The notes: generated by a model not told the origin, from the sequence alone. DNA of 62,306 nucleotides, filler included, from Planctomycetota bacterium (GCA_026991575.1; 3 parts of 3 records of this genome joined end to end with filler, not necessarily neighbours in it), one strand, 5' to 3'. Positions 1 through 10,670 are shown, numbered from the whole stretch's first letter. Made by a program: numbers and translations.

Positions 1-894
1 ATGCGGTGTGCGAATCGACTGGGCCAGCTTGCCAAAGGCTTGGCCGCATATCATACCACATGGGGCTGCTTACCCGGAGTTGTGTACGATGGGACGGAGG
101 GACAACGGCTTCCTGCGAGTGGGTACATTCTCGCTTCGCCACAGCTTGCTATTCTGCCGTACGTTGGGTACGAAGCAATTTACAACGCCGTGAACTTCTC
201 CGGATACTGGGCAGATCCCCTGGAGGACAGATTTCACGTCGAGCAGGGACTACTCTACGGACGAGACATCAACAGGACCGTGCTGCTGCAGCAGGTTGGG
301 CTGTACCTTTGCCCGAGCGATCCGCTGGCGGGCCGTGGCATTGGCCCAGGGAACAGTTACTTTGCGAATGCCGGATACGGACCCACTCTGGTGTATGCGC
401 CAGAAGAAGGCTCAGACTGGGGCAATGGCGTGTTTCGCTTCCCTGTCGTGGTCAGTTTTCGTACGTTCACGGACGGTCTGTCCCACACGGCCGTTTTTGC
501 GGAACGGGTCAATGGGTCCGGCGCAAACGGGACTGCTAGACCGTTCAGAGACATGACAGACGACGTAGGCCCGCCCGTGTCAGATGCGGAGGCCATGTAC
601 CGTCGATGCAGGCGACTCGCCGCGCGGCCTCGGGCAAGCTGGTTCACGGCCGTTGGCGCGTTTTGGGCCATTTCGGCGTACCGGTATACGCTGTACACTC
701 ACACGCAGGTTCCCAATGGGGAGGTCCCTGACTGCGCTTCGTTCACGCAAGCGATGGTCACGGCTCGCAGTCTCCACCCCAGGGGTGTAAATGTGGCGTT
801 CGCAGACGGAGCGGTACGTTTTATTGGACAGGACGTCGACCTGTGGATCTGGCGCGCAATGGCTACTCCGTCGGGCGGAGAATTTGCTGAGTAA
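1..894 (+). CDS. DUF1559 family prepilin-like protein (5' truncated by window edge)
   Basis: C.N.L.QL..GLAAYH, 'YNAVNF', 'YLCPSDP', 'FTDGLSHT...AER' and C-terminal H-X9-DG motif 'SLHPRGVNVAFADGAVRF'; the N-terminal TLIELLVV segment lies outside the window. Confidence 0.9.
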   Translation: MRCANRLGQLAKGLAAYHTTWGCLPGVVYDGTEGQRLPASGYILASPQLAILPYVGYEAIYNAVNFSGYWADPLEDRFHVEQGLLYGRDINRTVLLQQVGLYLCPSDPLAGRGIGPGNSYFANAGYGPTLVYAPEEGSDWGNGVFRFPVVVSFRTFTDGLSHTAVFAERVNGSGANGTARPFRDMTDDVGPPVSDAEAMYRRCRRLAARPRASWFTAVGAFWAISAYRYTLYTHTQVPNGEVPDCASFTQAMVTARSLHPRGVNVAFADGAVRFIGQDVDLWIWRAMATPSGGEFAE

Positions 895-903
895 CCGAGC
901 CAG

Positions 904-1527
904 ATGCGAGGTCGTTCCAGCATGGTCGCGGCCGTCTATGCTGCGTTTTGGCTACTGGCAACCGTGTGGCCTGTCGGCATAGCACCGCAGGAGCATGCCC
1001 ATCCGGCGACCAAGCCGAGGGTGGACAGGGCTTCCGACGCCGGCTGTGGCCCCGTCGGCTTGTTCCTTCTCCTGAGAGCGCACGGACATCCGGTCAGCTA
1101 TGCGGAAGTGGTGGAAGCGTTCGGCTCGGGAAACCACGCTGTTACGACACTTGCGGAGATCGTCCAAGCAGCGCGCCGCCTGGGGGTTATCGTCGAGGTA
1201 ACACGCTGCTCGCCAGCCGACACGTTGCGGCGGGCACCGGCGCTTTGTTACATCGGCGGACGCGAAGGGGAGGCTGGCCACCTCGTGTTGATCACCAGGC
1301 GGGGCGATGGGTCAGTCCGGATCTTCGATCCAGCCGGTGCAGTGACAACCGTACCGCCCAGGCTTGTCCGTGGGGGGACCGAGCAAGTAATCTGCCTGAC
1401 CATTGCGCAGCCCGCACGGCCTTATGTCACGGCACTCATGGCCTGGGTTATTGTTTTTTTCCTTTGCCTGATCGGCACGTGCAGCGGGCGACTCTTACGT
1501 CGCAGAACACCCACCTCTCCGCCGTAA
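904..1527 (+). CDS. Standalone exported C39-family cysteine peptidase with C-terminal TM anchor
   Basis: N-terminal hydrophobic signal; 'GCGPVGL' (catalytic Cys), 'TTLAEIVQAARRLG', 'GHLVLI' (His), 'IFDP' (Asp); C-terminal TM plus basic tail; no ABC domains. Confidence 0.8.
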   Translation: MRGRSSMVAAVYAAFWLLATVWPVGIAPQEHAHPATKPRVDRASDAGCGPVGLFLLLRAHGHPVSYAEVVEAFGSGNHAVTTLAEIVQAARRLGVIVEVTRCSPADTLRRAPALCYIGGREGEAGHLVLITRRGDGSVRIFDPAGAVTTVPPRLVRGGTEQVICLTIAQPARPYVTALMAWVIVFFLCLIGTCSGRLLRRRTPTSPP

Positions 1528-1575
1528 TCGGGACTCGAGCAGGATCCTGCAGCGGGAACAACTGGAGTGGGCTTT

Positions 1576-2694
1576 ATGTATTACGCGGCTTCCATGGCAC
1601 GACAACCACCTGCTGGCTGGAGGGGCGCGGTATTCTGCCTGCTCGCATGCGGCTTGTTGCCGGCCGAAGCACAGCAATCGGCAAGGGAATTGCTGGGCGC
1701 CCAGGTCACCGCCTGGCAATCGCTCGAATCCGTCGAGTTCTACTGGACTGGCGCCTACCGTTACCTTGGTCCCAGGGGAAAAAATCCGTACCGCAGCCGC
1801 TTTTGGATCACGCCCGGTCTATTTCGCTGGCGGCGCGACGGGGCCTACCGAATCGATTCGCACGAGCCGACGTCAAGCCATATGGAAAAGCTGACCGTGG
1901 CCGAACTTAGGGGCAGACGCTACAGTCTGATCCGGGGCCAGCTGGTCGTGGAGCCGGCTCGCGGTCTCACCTGGATTGACCCGAAGCTGTGGGGGCTATT
2001 CCCTTTGCCTCTGTACCGGCAACTACACGAAGAACCACAGTATTCCCTACGGCTGCGAGCCAGGGCGCGGAAGTTAGGGACCGAAGTCGTCATCCTCGTG
2101 GCAGAACTGCGCTCCGCGGGAGGGGAACTCGTCGAGCGGTGGCAGATCGCGCTTGCCCGGAAGGGACCCGCTTTCCTAGCCAGCGCCTCGCGTTACGGGC
2201 CAAGCGGTCAGTTGGAGACAGAGTACGAGGCGATAAGACTCGGGCAATTCCGCACTGCCACCGGTCGGATTGTACCCTTGGTGACCGAGTGCGCCGTGCG
2301 CTACTACCTGTTTCGACCACCGGCTGAGCCGAAGCGCCACCTCGTACTGAAGAAACCGTGGTCAGAGTGGCAGATAAAACTGGTGCCCGGCACGGTCCGA
2401 CTCGGGCGGTCCATACCGGACCGAGACATCGCGGTGCCGGATCCGGACGAAGCGGTGGCGCTCGAGCACAGCGATCGGGAGGTACGGATCGGCCGAGCCG
2501 CATTGGCCCGGCAGCCAACGACCGCCGGCGAGGAACGACTAGACACCAACCAGATCGGCACGCTGCAGCGGATAGCTCGCGTCGAGGACGAGTTGCCCAA
2601 CACCGACCGCTGGGCTTGGTTCCTTACAGCGATCGGTATCCTGGCTATCGCGGTTGGCCTGCTGCGCCGATGGCGCGTAAACCGGGGAGCGTAG
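1576..2694 (+). CDS. Exported beta-rich hypothetical protein with C-terminal TM and basic tail
   Basis: Signal-like N-terminus (..LLACGLLPAEAQ); C-terminal 'WAWFLTAIGILAIAVGLLRRWR'; GGAG upstream of ATG 1576; start uncertain (1567/1576/1594). Confidence 0.7.
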   Translation: MYYAASMARQPPAGWRGAVFCLLACGLLPAEAQQSARELLGAQVTAWQSLESVEFYWTGAYRYLGPRGKNPYRSRFWITPGLFRWRRDGAYRIDSHEPTSSHMEKLTVAELRGRRYSLIRGQLVVEPARGLTWIDPKLWGLFPLPLYRQLHEEPQYSLRLRARARKLGTEVVILVAELRSAGGELVERWQIALARKGPAFLASASRYGPSGQLETEYEAIRLGQFRTATGRIVPLVTECAVRYYLFRPPAEPKRHLVLKKPWSEWQIKLVPGTVRLGRSIPDRDIAVPDPDEAVALEHSDREVRIGRAALARQPTTAGEERLDTNQIGTLQRIARVEDELPNTDRWAWFLTAIGILAIAVGLLRRWRVNRGA

Positions 2695-2803
2695 AGTGCG
2701 TCGGGACAGCGTAACCGTTCACGGGACCCAGACGCGCAGCGCTGGGCCAGGATCGAGGTGAGGTTGAGCAGCGAGGGTAATGGTTGATGGGTGTTGATCC
2801 ATA

Positions 2804-3974
2804 GAGTCTGTCCGGAAATTCTTCGTTGCACGTTTGCGGGATAGAGGTACAGGGGATGCAAGGCCTGCGAACGGGGGCAGACGGCGGTGGATTGCATGGG
2901 TAGGTTGATCCGCTGGTCGTCATGGACTGGAAAGCGCAGAGACGGCTCAACGGATGTCGCGAGAGTCTGGGTCAGCGGGAGGTGTAAACACCGGAAAGAC
3001 AGACGGGTGGTGCGGAACGATCCGGGACAAGGCGCGATCGCTGGGATGAGCCTCCTGAGGAGGGGCCGTAGGACAGAGTGCCCTGCGGCGAGAGCAACAG
3101 CAGCGAGATAGCAGCACCGCCTATGGGCCCAGCATAGGCGTACGCCCCGGAACGACTTCAGCCAGGCTGCCACTCGTTCCGTGTTGGCTCGCACCCGACG
3201 CACATTCTTCGGCGCTCGCCTGTAGGAGGCACGCCGCTTGGCGAACCGCGGCATAGAGCCGTACTCGGCTGCTTGCTCACGGGCCTGGCTGTAGTCATAA
3301 CCCTTGTCTGCGACGAGCTCCGGTTGGATCTTGCCCACGCTCAACCCCTCCAACACCGGACCAGCCAGCTCCGCGGCCGTCTCACCTAACAGCTTGAACT
3401 CCGGGATGTTCGCCCCAGCCACCTGCACCGCCAGCGGCACACCCGCCTCGTCCACCACCACCACCACCGACGCCCTCATACCCTCCTTCCCACGGTCTGC
3501 TGGATTGGGCCTGCTGTCCTCGCATCCCAGCGGCGTCGGCACCAGGGTACAGTCGATCCCAAGCCGACGCTGCCGCGCCCGGCCGCCCTCCACGTAAAAT
3601 CCCACCAGCACGAGGTGCAACAACGCGAACACCCCAGCCTCCGTCCACCGCTTGAACCACTCGTGTGCCGTGCTCCCGTTGGCCAGCTGGCCGGTCGCCG
3701 GGATCGCGTTTCCGCTGGCGGCCCGTACGCATCCGATACCAAATCGCGTTGCAGATCCGCCTCAGCGATGTGGCTGGCCGACCACGCCGACCCGGGCCGG
3801 GACGCGACCCAACGCCCAGAAACTCCACAATCGCCTTGATCAACGCTAGAATTGCTTCCGGACAGCGATAGCGTGTGTCCATGCGACGCCTCCCTGCGTC
3901 CGGGGTTCTGGTTGTCTAACCACACCCCCCCGACGCAGGGAATTCTATGCGCCCAGCATTTTTCGGACGGATTC
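2804..3974 (-). mobile_element. IS5-family insertion sequence, degenerate (frameshifted transposase)
   Basis: Transposase split over frames: 'GRPATSLRRICNAIWYRMRTG' (from 3882), then 'GIDCT', 'VVVDEAGVPLA', 'LVADKGYD', 'ERVAAWLKSFR'; imperfect terminal inverted repeats AGAGTCTGTCCG (2803) and AGAATCCGTCCG (reverse, ending 3975). Confidence 0.8.
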
Positions 3975-4024
3975 TTAACCACAGGTGGTACGCACTGCAT
4001 TGCAAGCAACGGAAAGGTTGGGAG

Positions 4025-5152
4025 ATGACCGACGCCCAACGTTTGACTCTCTTCTTCAGCTCGGTGGTTGCCGTGACGATGGCGGGCAGTAACGGAGACG
4101 CCGCTGAGGACAGTCCCATCGATTTGTCGCCGCACGTGGTGCTGAACTCATGGCGGGAATGGGCCCGTCGCTTCCAGTCACACGCCTGGGAAGGAGAAAT
4201 ACGTCAGGATTACGTGGATCGCGTCGAAGTCACGGTGGCGGACAGGAAGGGCGATGGGCAACAGCCCCGGAAGGCACGGAGCAATTCGGAAGCAGGAGTC
4301 AGGGTCATAGAAGGGACGGTGACACTTTACTTCGTTGGCAAGTGGCCGGAAATCCTATGGGACTCGACGCGGGAGGAAACAATCAAGCGGCCTGGTCAGC
4401 CGCCGACGCATGTCGTTGTGCGAAAAGGCGCGCTGGTCAGCCGAGGGAGAGCAATCGGCCTCGCCGGAACCGGAGCGGGATGGGTAATCCGGGACATCGA
4501 ATCGCTGTACGACCCGGATGCGCCGCCGGCGTTCTGGGACTCCTTTGATGAGCTTTACCGCTATCACCGCCCGTTCAGGGCGCTTGTGAATCCCTATGGC
4601 ATGCACCGCTGGGTAAAGCCCTTGGAGGAGAAGCGAGTCGAGTTTGATCGTATTCGGTGGGTGGACAAGCGTGTCGAAGTCGTATGGCACCTGAACTTTG
4701 AAGGGCTGCCTCGGGAAGAGGCGATCAAGTTGCGCCTCTACAGGAGGGGACGCTGGATTCTTGACCCGAGCACTGCATGGCTGCCGGTCATGGCAGAAAC
4801 GAACGGGATACTTGCCGATGGGGCGCCCTTGCGCGCTGTGACCAAGGTGGAATGTGAAGTCCATGCAGGGGTGCCCATCGAAGTGCGACGCGATGTCGAC
4901 GTCGTTTTTGGGCCAGATGATGGCGGGTTCAGGCGGCGGATAACGGGAACGCAACGAGTGGTACTTCGTCAGGTATCCAGCACGTTGGATCGTTCGAAGC
5001 TGACGCTTCGTTACTTTGGCCTGCCGGACAAGATCCGGCTCGGTCCTCCGGCGGCGGGTGTTCCCAGATGGCAGCGTCTGCTGGTAGCGGCGTTGGTGCT
5101 ACTGCTCAGCGGTGGGCTGGCCTGGTGGCTGGGCAGGAAGAGGGCAGTCTGA
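4025..5152 (+). CDS. Exported beta-rich hypothetical protein with C-terminal TM and basic tail
   Basis: Signal-like N-terminus; 'LTLRYFGLPD' then TM 'LLVAALVLLLSGGLAWWL' plus 'GRKR'; same architecture as 1576-2694. Confidence 0.75.
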   Translation: MTDAQRLTLFFSSVVAVTMAGSNGDAAEDSPIDLSPHVVLNSWREWARRFQSHAWEGEIRQDYVDRVEVTVADRKGDGQQPRKARSNSEAGVRVIEGTVTLYFVGKWPEILWDSTREETIKRPGQPPTHVVVRKGALVSRGRAIGLAGTGAGWVIRDIESLYDPDAPPAFWDSFDELYRYHRPFRALVNPYGMHRWVKPLEEKRVEFDRIRWVDKRVEVVWHLNFEGLPREEAIKLRLYRRGRWILDPSTAWLPVMAETNGILADGAPLRAVTKVECEVHAGVPIEVRRDVDVVFGPDDGGFRRRITGTQRVVLRQVSSTLDRSKLTLRYFGLPDKIRLGPPAAGVPRWQRLLVAALVLLLSGGLAWWLGRKRAV

Positions 5153-5348
5153 GGCAACCCGAACGGCCGTTTCGCACCATCTAGGAATTCCGAGGACGCG
5201 GCGATCACACGACACTTTAGCCGGCAGAGGGCCGCGTGGCAGTGGTGGTCTACCGCGTCACGGAAGAAGATGCGCGCACGGCGGTAGGGTTGCTGTGGCC
5301 CCGGAAACGGGAAACGCGGAACCAAGAAGGACAAGGGGATATGCTCGC

Positions 5349-5789
5349 ATGATGGCACGGGCTTGGTTGCGTGTGCTGTTCTTGGCAGCGGGAATCTTGA
5401 TGGCCGGAGTGGTTCTGCTTGTCCCTATGGAGCAAACCCCGCTCGTATTTGAGCCGCCGGAGCCGTACGTGGAGGAGGCGCCCCCGCGAGCTCGTGTCAA
5501 GGTGCCGGTAACGATTCGGAATGTGAGCTCGGGAGAGGTCACCATCATCGGTGCACCGAGGGGGTGAGGGATCCGTGCAGTGGTCAGCGCGCCGGTCCGG
5601 CTCGCTCCAGGTCAGGCCGCCGACGTAGTTTTCGAAGTGGCAGCTCCACGCGCGGGACAGACGTTCGTGTACCCGATGACCGTGTGCGCGAGCGACGGGC
5701 AGGTCCTTTACCTGCTACAAGGGCGCATCACGATAAGTAGCCGGCAGGAGGAGGCACAGCAGCCAAACGCACCAGCACAGGGGAAGTAA
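5349..5789 (+). CDS. Membrane-anchored Ig-like (DUF1573-like) protein, probable selenoprotein (in-frame TGA 5565-5567)
   Basis: ORFs 5112-5567 and 5580-5789 are in one frame separated by a single TGA; Ig-like pattern 'VTIRNVS..VTIIG....U.....P.RLAPGQ...V.FEV' is continuous across the stop; hairpin GCGCGCCG-GTC-CGGCTCGC follows. Confidence 0.6.
5587..5605 (+). promoter_or_regulatory. Candidate bacterial SECIS element
   Basis: Stem-loop with GGTC at the apex, first G 26 nt after the TGA; one mismatch in the stem. Confidence 0.45.
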
Positions 5790-6027
5790 TCTCCGCCGGC
5801 CCCGGCTGCTGGCGCTGCTGCTGCCCCGGCGTGGGGTCGTCTCAGCTCTGACAACACAGCGGGGGATGGCCTCGGCTGCCCCGTATGCTGCAAGAGCTGA
5901 GACGCACCTGAGGCGCGGTCACGGGGCGCGGCCTTGGCATGGTGCGGGCCATGGCCGATAATTACGAACTGCCTCTTCGGGGCCTGTTCCACGCATTCGG
6001 TTGTTGACGATCGGGAGTACCGGGCAA

Positions 6028-6588
6028 ATGGCCATACGGCAGGATTCGCAGCCAATCTCCGGAATCACGCCGTCGCTCGTTGCTGAGAGGCTCATTATGG
6101 AGGTGTGGCCGTCGATCTCGGCGTATGCCGCCGGTCGGCTGGTCGGACAACTGTTCAGCATTCCCGGTCGTGTTGGCCCCGTACGGATCACGCTGTTCAT
6201 TGGCCTGGTAATCTTCTGGCTTCCGCTGGCCGTGTACTTTTGGCCAGGTCGCTTGGGCACGCGGTACAGCCTGACCAACAAGCGGTTGCTGATTCGGAAG
6301 GGGCTGACGGGACGGCCAGCCGGGGAGGTTGCGTTGGAAGAGATCGAGGATGTACGTCCTCGCGTCCGGCCAGGCCAGGCGTATTTCCTGGCGGCGGACC
6401 TGGAGGTAATCGGCCGCGACGGTGAGGTCCGGCTGGTGTTGCCCGGCGTGTCGCAAGCGGAGAGCTTCCGCCGGGCGATTCTAAAGGCGCGGGATGCGCG
6501 GGTGCGTGTGCTGGCAGCGCTGGAGGAAATCGAGCGGCGACGTCAGGCTGAGGCGCAAACGGAGCAGAAGGCAGAAGCAGCCAGTTAG
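6028..6588 (+). CDS. Bacterial PH-domain (bPH_2-like) membrane protein
   Basis: TM segment followed by 'RYSLTNKRLLIRKGL....EVALEEIEDV', typical of bPH domains. Confidence 0.75.
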   Translation: MAIRQDSQPISGITPSLVAERLIMEVWPSISAYAAGRLVGQLFSIPGRVGPVRITLFIGLVIFWLPLAVYFWPGRLGTRYSLTNKRLLIRKGLTGRPAGEVALEEIEDVRPRVRPGQAYFLAADLEVIGRDGEVRLVLPGVSQAESFRRAILKARDARVRVLAALEEIERRRQAEAQTEQKAEAAS

Positions 6589-6959
6589 TCCACGAGTCCC
6601 AGTACGCGGGCAAGGGACCAGCCCACCACTCGCGCCGTTGCCACATACGGGCCGATCGGGCTCGTTAGATGTGCCGTCCTAAGCGGTTCTACGGTTGTGC
6701 CGTTGCAGGCAGTTGCGTTGTGCTTTCGGAGGCAGAGGGGAAGCGGTTGCTTTGCGCGTGGAGGGCAAGTCTCGGTCCAAGAAGATAGTGCGCGCGACGC
6801 AACGCGGCGTCGATCAGGACACGCCCCAGCGTGTTGGGAACTGCGACTCTTCTGGCCCGGTTAGCCGGTCAGCCTAAGCCGGTACTGGCAAGCTTTCGGG
6901 ACACGCTCTCTGCGGTAACCTCTCGGTTGTTGCCTCTTCCTCAGACGGCCGCACAACGC

Positions 6960-7430
6960 ATCGGCAGTCGGCGTCGGTCGCGTGCTCCTGAGCCGTGCCT
7001 CCGCGGCGAGGCGTCATCGCGAGCAACGTGGCAAAGGCCGCATGAACCACGATGAGCACCCCAAGCCACGCGAACATCCGTCGGCTACCGGCAAGACGGC
7101 CGTCATCCGCCCCCCAGAACACCTTCAACCGCCCTATCACACGCTCCACCGCCGTACGCCCCAGGCACCGCCGCTCGAACTTCTCCGTTCCGCGAGGCAA
7201 TGCGGGAAAACGCCGCAAGTCCGGCTCACGCTCCACCCCCACCCTCAGGCCGTACTTCTTGCCCGCATTGCACCGCTGGGCCATCGGACAACTCCGCCCC
7301 TCGTGCATCTCCGGACAACGTACTTCAGCGTGCCCCGCGACGGCTCGTAACCGATGTACGCCATCCGATGGCGCACCAGCGGCTCGCTTTCCGTGTCGTG
7401 GCAGTACACCATCCCCTTCCGGGAAGGACA
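6960..7430 (-). pseudogene. C-terminal remnant of a DDE transposase (frameshifted)
   Basis: 'VYCHDT...RHRMAYIGYEPSRGTLKY' shifts frame into 'DLRRFPALPRGTEKFERR..GRTAVERVIGRLKVFWGADD' (R..VERV..RLK DDE C-terminal motif); boundaries approximate. Confidence 0.7.
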
Positions 7431-7715
7431 TCCCGGCACCAGCGTCCAGATCTGATCAGCCAATAGCTTGCGCACATAGCAGCCGCCTGTGGGGGTGGAG
7501 CGGAGTGGCGCGACACCGGCCGAACCGAACCGTGAACAGCTCAGGCCGAGTGGACGCCGGGGAAAAGCAGCCGCGGGTGGAAACGGATGAACGCCAGCGG
7601 GATCCAGCGGACGCAATGATGGGCGCGCGACCGTACTTACCCGGTCGTACGCATTCCGACAGCGCCCCGGGGCCTGGTCATCGGCAGAGGCGCTGCCGTC
7701 CGTGGGGCGGCGGCC

Positions 7716-8276
7716 GTGATGCTCCTCCTGTCGCTCGTTTCGCTTACCATCAAGGCTGGGGTGTTGGTTCTTCCGAGTGTGTGTTTGCTTCTGGGCTCAA
7801 TCGGTGGCTTCATCCTTGGCGCGACGTTGACAATGCTTGGATATCGCAGTGTTCTAGGTGATCCCATGCCTTTGGGGTCCGAGGTTCGGTTTGTCAGCTC
7901 CGAGGCTAGCCAGGCGGGGTTTCTGTTCTCGGTCGCACTCGTGCTCCGGTTCGCGTTCGTCTTGCCCGGCATCTTCCTGACGAGGGCGTTCGCCGCCACC
8001 GGTCTCGTCGTTGGGCTACCTACGGCTGCCCTGGGGCGGATCTGCTGGGCGAGGCTTCTCTTCGGTGCGAGTGCATCCGTGGCCGAAGGTCCGACGTCTG
8101 GCCAAGCGCTGCGGCGGAGCATCGAGTTGCCATCGAGGCGGGGTTTCCGAGTTATCGGTCCGGTGGGTATGTGTGTCCGCTTGATTTCGCGTGGATTCCC
8201 GCGCTGGGTGTTTTCGCCTGGCCGTTCTGGGGCAGCTACCTGGCTGCCCGGCTATGCGGTGTTGGCTGAGGCCTAG
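7716..8276 (+). pseudogene. Possible degenerate membrane-protein gene fragment
   Basis: Several hydrophobic stretches and 'AEG..SGQALRRSIEL..R.GFRVIG' resembling GPDPase-membrane-domain-like proteins; no clean start. Confidence 0.3.
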
Positions 8277-8278
8277 CA

Positions 8279-9178
8279 GTGTCCTGTTCTCGCTCCTGGA
8301 AGCGACGTCTGGCGATCGGGCTGTTCACGGCGTCTGTTCTCTACGGCGTGATGGTTGGATGTCTCATGTGGGGCGAAGACTACCTGATTTACTACCCGGC
8401 GAAATTTCCAGAAGGCGACTGGGAACCGGACGGCTTGGTCCGCGAAGAGGTGTTCTTCGAGACCGAAAATGGGGTGATGCTTCACGGCTGGTTCTGTGCT
8501 GTCCCGGGTCCTAATGTCGTAATCCTCCACTCTCACGGAAACGCCGGCAACATCACGCACCGTGCTGATCTGGCCCGTCTCTGGCAACAGCACCTGCGAG
8601 CAAGCGTTTTCCTCTACGACTACCGGGGCTACGGTCGCAGTGCGGGACGGCCCTCTGAGGAGGGGCTGTACCGGGACGTCAGGGCCGCGTATCGGTGGTT
8701 GACCGAGAAGAAGGGCGTCGCGGCCACGGACGTTGTGCTGTGGGGGGAATCGATCGGCGCGGCGGTCGCTTTAGATCTGGCCCTGAACGTGCCACATCGC
8801 GCGTTGGTGCTCGAAGCGCCGTTCACCAGTGCGGTGGACATGGGCAGGCGGTTGTTTCCCTGGGCCCCGGTACGCCTGCTGATGCGGACCCGGTTCGACA
8901 ATCTGGCGAAGATTCGTCGCATCAGGCGGCCAGTGCTAATCATCCATGGCACCAACGACAGCATCGTGCCGTTCGACATGGGACGGCGGCTCTTTGAGGC
9001 CGCGCCCGAGCCAAGACGATTCCTGGCCGTTCAGGGAGCAGACCACAACGATCTCTGGTACCGAGGAGCCGAGAAGCTCCTACCCGAGATCCGCGATTTC
9101 CTCCGCAATGCGGCGGAGCAAGCCTACCCCACAGGCTCGCCGACGGCATCAGAGGAAAGCGGAGCGAAGGGCAGTTAG
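8279..9178 (+). CDS. Alpha/beta hydrolase (ABHD13/17-like)
   Basis: HGNAGN, DYRGYGRS, nucleophile GESIG, HGTNDSIVP, HND. Confidence 0.92.
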   Translation: MSCSRSWKRRLAIGLFTASVLYGVMVGCLMWGEDYLIYYPAKFPEGDWEPDGLVREEVFFETENGVMLHGWFCAVPGPNVVILHSHGNAGNITHRADLARLWQQHLRASVFLYDYRGYGRSAGRPSEEGLYRDVRAAYRWLTEKKGVAATDVVLWGESIGAAVALDLALNVPHRALVLEAPFTSAVDMGRRLFPWAPVRLLMRTRFDNLAKIRRIRRPVLIIHGTNDSIVPFDMGRRLFEAAPEPRRFLAVQGADHNDLWYRGAEKLLPEIRDFLRNAAEQAYPTGSPTASEESGAKGS

Positions 9179-9179
9179 G

Positions 9180-10670
9180 TTAGCGGGCCGACGGTGGGAA
9201 GAGCTGCAGGTATTCGCTGAGCAGCTCAACATTGCGCACGAACGTCTGGCTACGGATCATCTCTCCCTCCACCCACCGCCCCTCCTCGTCCAATGCCCGG
9301 ATGACCTCGCGCACGCGCGGCGCCAGGCGGCGGCGAGCGGTTCGATCATCCGGCGACCGCCCGCGGTCGAGCGCGGCGGTTCGTCCGCCACGGGACACGG
9401 CTGCGAACAACCGCCGCACACGCTCTACACCGTAGGAGCCTTTGAAGCTGTAGTGCGTAGGCAGGTCGTCGTCCCGGTAGGTTAGCTCATAGTTCCTTGT
9501 GAAGTACAGCGGCTTGTTCGTGCCCAGCTCGTAGAATCGTGCCCACAGGCCGGGGGCAAGCTGCACGCGGTCAAACCAGGCGAGCGCTGGAGGGATCGGC
9601 TCGAGGTATGCCGAATCCCCTGTGAACAAGTACAGCTCGATCAAGCACTCCAGCACGCCAACGCTTTCTGCGCTCACCGCCGCGGGGGGTTCGAATCGGC
9701 GGGCCCATTCGGGCTCCATGGCGAAGTTGTATTGCTGAGCCCAAACGGGGTGAGGTTCCGGCAAACGCGCAGCGAGGATGAAGGCTCCGGCACGGTCAAT
9801 TGCGCGGCGGAACCGAGGCTGAGCGTAATGCCGCGCGGCCACCATGAGGGTCTTGACACAATCGACAATGCAGTTGTCGTTAAACGTGTAGAACAGCCAG
9901 TACGACCTGGCTCCAGGGTAGGTGCGAGGCCACGTCCGGGGTAGCAGAGCCCGTTTCAAAGGGTGCCGGGCGGCCTGGTAGCCGCGTCCGTCGTAGCCTT
10001 GCGGCCAGGCGCCATTGGGGTACTGGGCGCGCAGCAAACCATCCAATCCGTACTGCAGCGCCTCGTCGATCGCTTCATCCGGGCCGCCCAGTGGGCTACG
10101 GGCCAGGGTCTGCGACAGGGCCATCAGAAAGCGGAGGGCACTCTGGGTGGTATCGTCGTCGAACGAGGTCCAATTGCGGCGTGCTGCGCGCCGCTGTGGT
10201 GGCATAGCCTGCGCGTCTGCACGCCGCAGCCACCGGCGACGCCATCGCTTGGAGAATTCAATCGAGTAGGTCCACCCGCCCGACTCCAGCTGTCCCCACG
10301 CAAGCGCCTTTCCGGCCCGCAGCGCAGCCTTCAAGTAATACGTGTCGCCGGTCGCCTCGTAGGCACGTAACAGTGCCATGCCCACCGTGGGTGTGCCCGG
10401 AGGCTGCACCCAGATCTCCCGTTCACCCGCCTCCCGCTCTCCCCAGCGCCTGTCCAGCTTCTTGCTGTACCGCCAAACATAGCCGCCGTTAACGGACAAT
10501 CGCTCCACGAAGAAGCGCACGGCGCGCCGCAACGCCGCAGCCGTCTCCTTGTAAGTGGGCTCGCGTGCAGTTAGGCGACCAGGTTCCGCCTCAGCCGAGG
10601 CTGCGGTCACCAGGAAAAGCACCCACGCCCGGAGAAGGCTTGCAGCCAAGGGCAGCTGTAGCGTGCACAC
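9180..10670 (-). CDS. Pectate lyase-like protein (PL10 / pectic acid lyase family)
   Basis: Signal peptide; 'WVQPPGTPTVG', 'FDDDTTQ', 'AQYPNGAWPQ', 'TFNDN', 'WAQQY', 'WARRFEPPA', 'WARFYE'. Confidence 0.8.
   Translation of the reverse strand: MCTLQLPLAASLLRAWVLFLVTAASAEAEPGRLTAREPTYKETAAALRRAVRFFVERLSVNGGYVWRYSKKLDRRWGEREAGEREIWVQPPGTPTVGMALLRAYEATGDTYYLKAALRAGKALAWGQLESGGWTYSIEFSKRWRRRWLRRADAQAMPPQRRAARRNWTSFDDDTTQSALRFLMALSQTLARSPLGGPDEAIDEALQYGLDGLLRAQYPNGAWPQGYDGRGYQAARHPLKRALLPRTWPRTYPGARSYWLFYTFNDNCIVDCVKTLMVAARHYAQPRFRRAIDRAGAFILAARLPEPHPVWAQQYNFAMEPEWARRFEPPAAVSAESVGVLECLIELYLFTGDSAYLEPIPPALAWFDRVQLAPGLWARFYELGTNKPLYFTRNYELTYRDDDLPTHYSFKGSYGVERVRRLFAAVSRGGRTAALDRGRSPDDRTARRRLAPRVREVIRALDEEGRWVEGEMIRSQTFVRNVELLSEYLQLFPPSAR

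Noticed and set aside
2304..3050. C-terminal extension of the 442-aa minus ORF
   Set aside because: Readthrough of a decayed transposase past its end, overlapping a plus-strand gene
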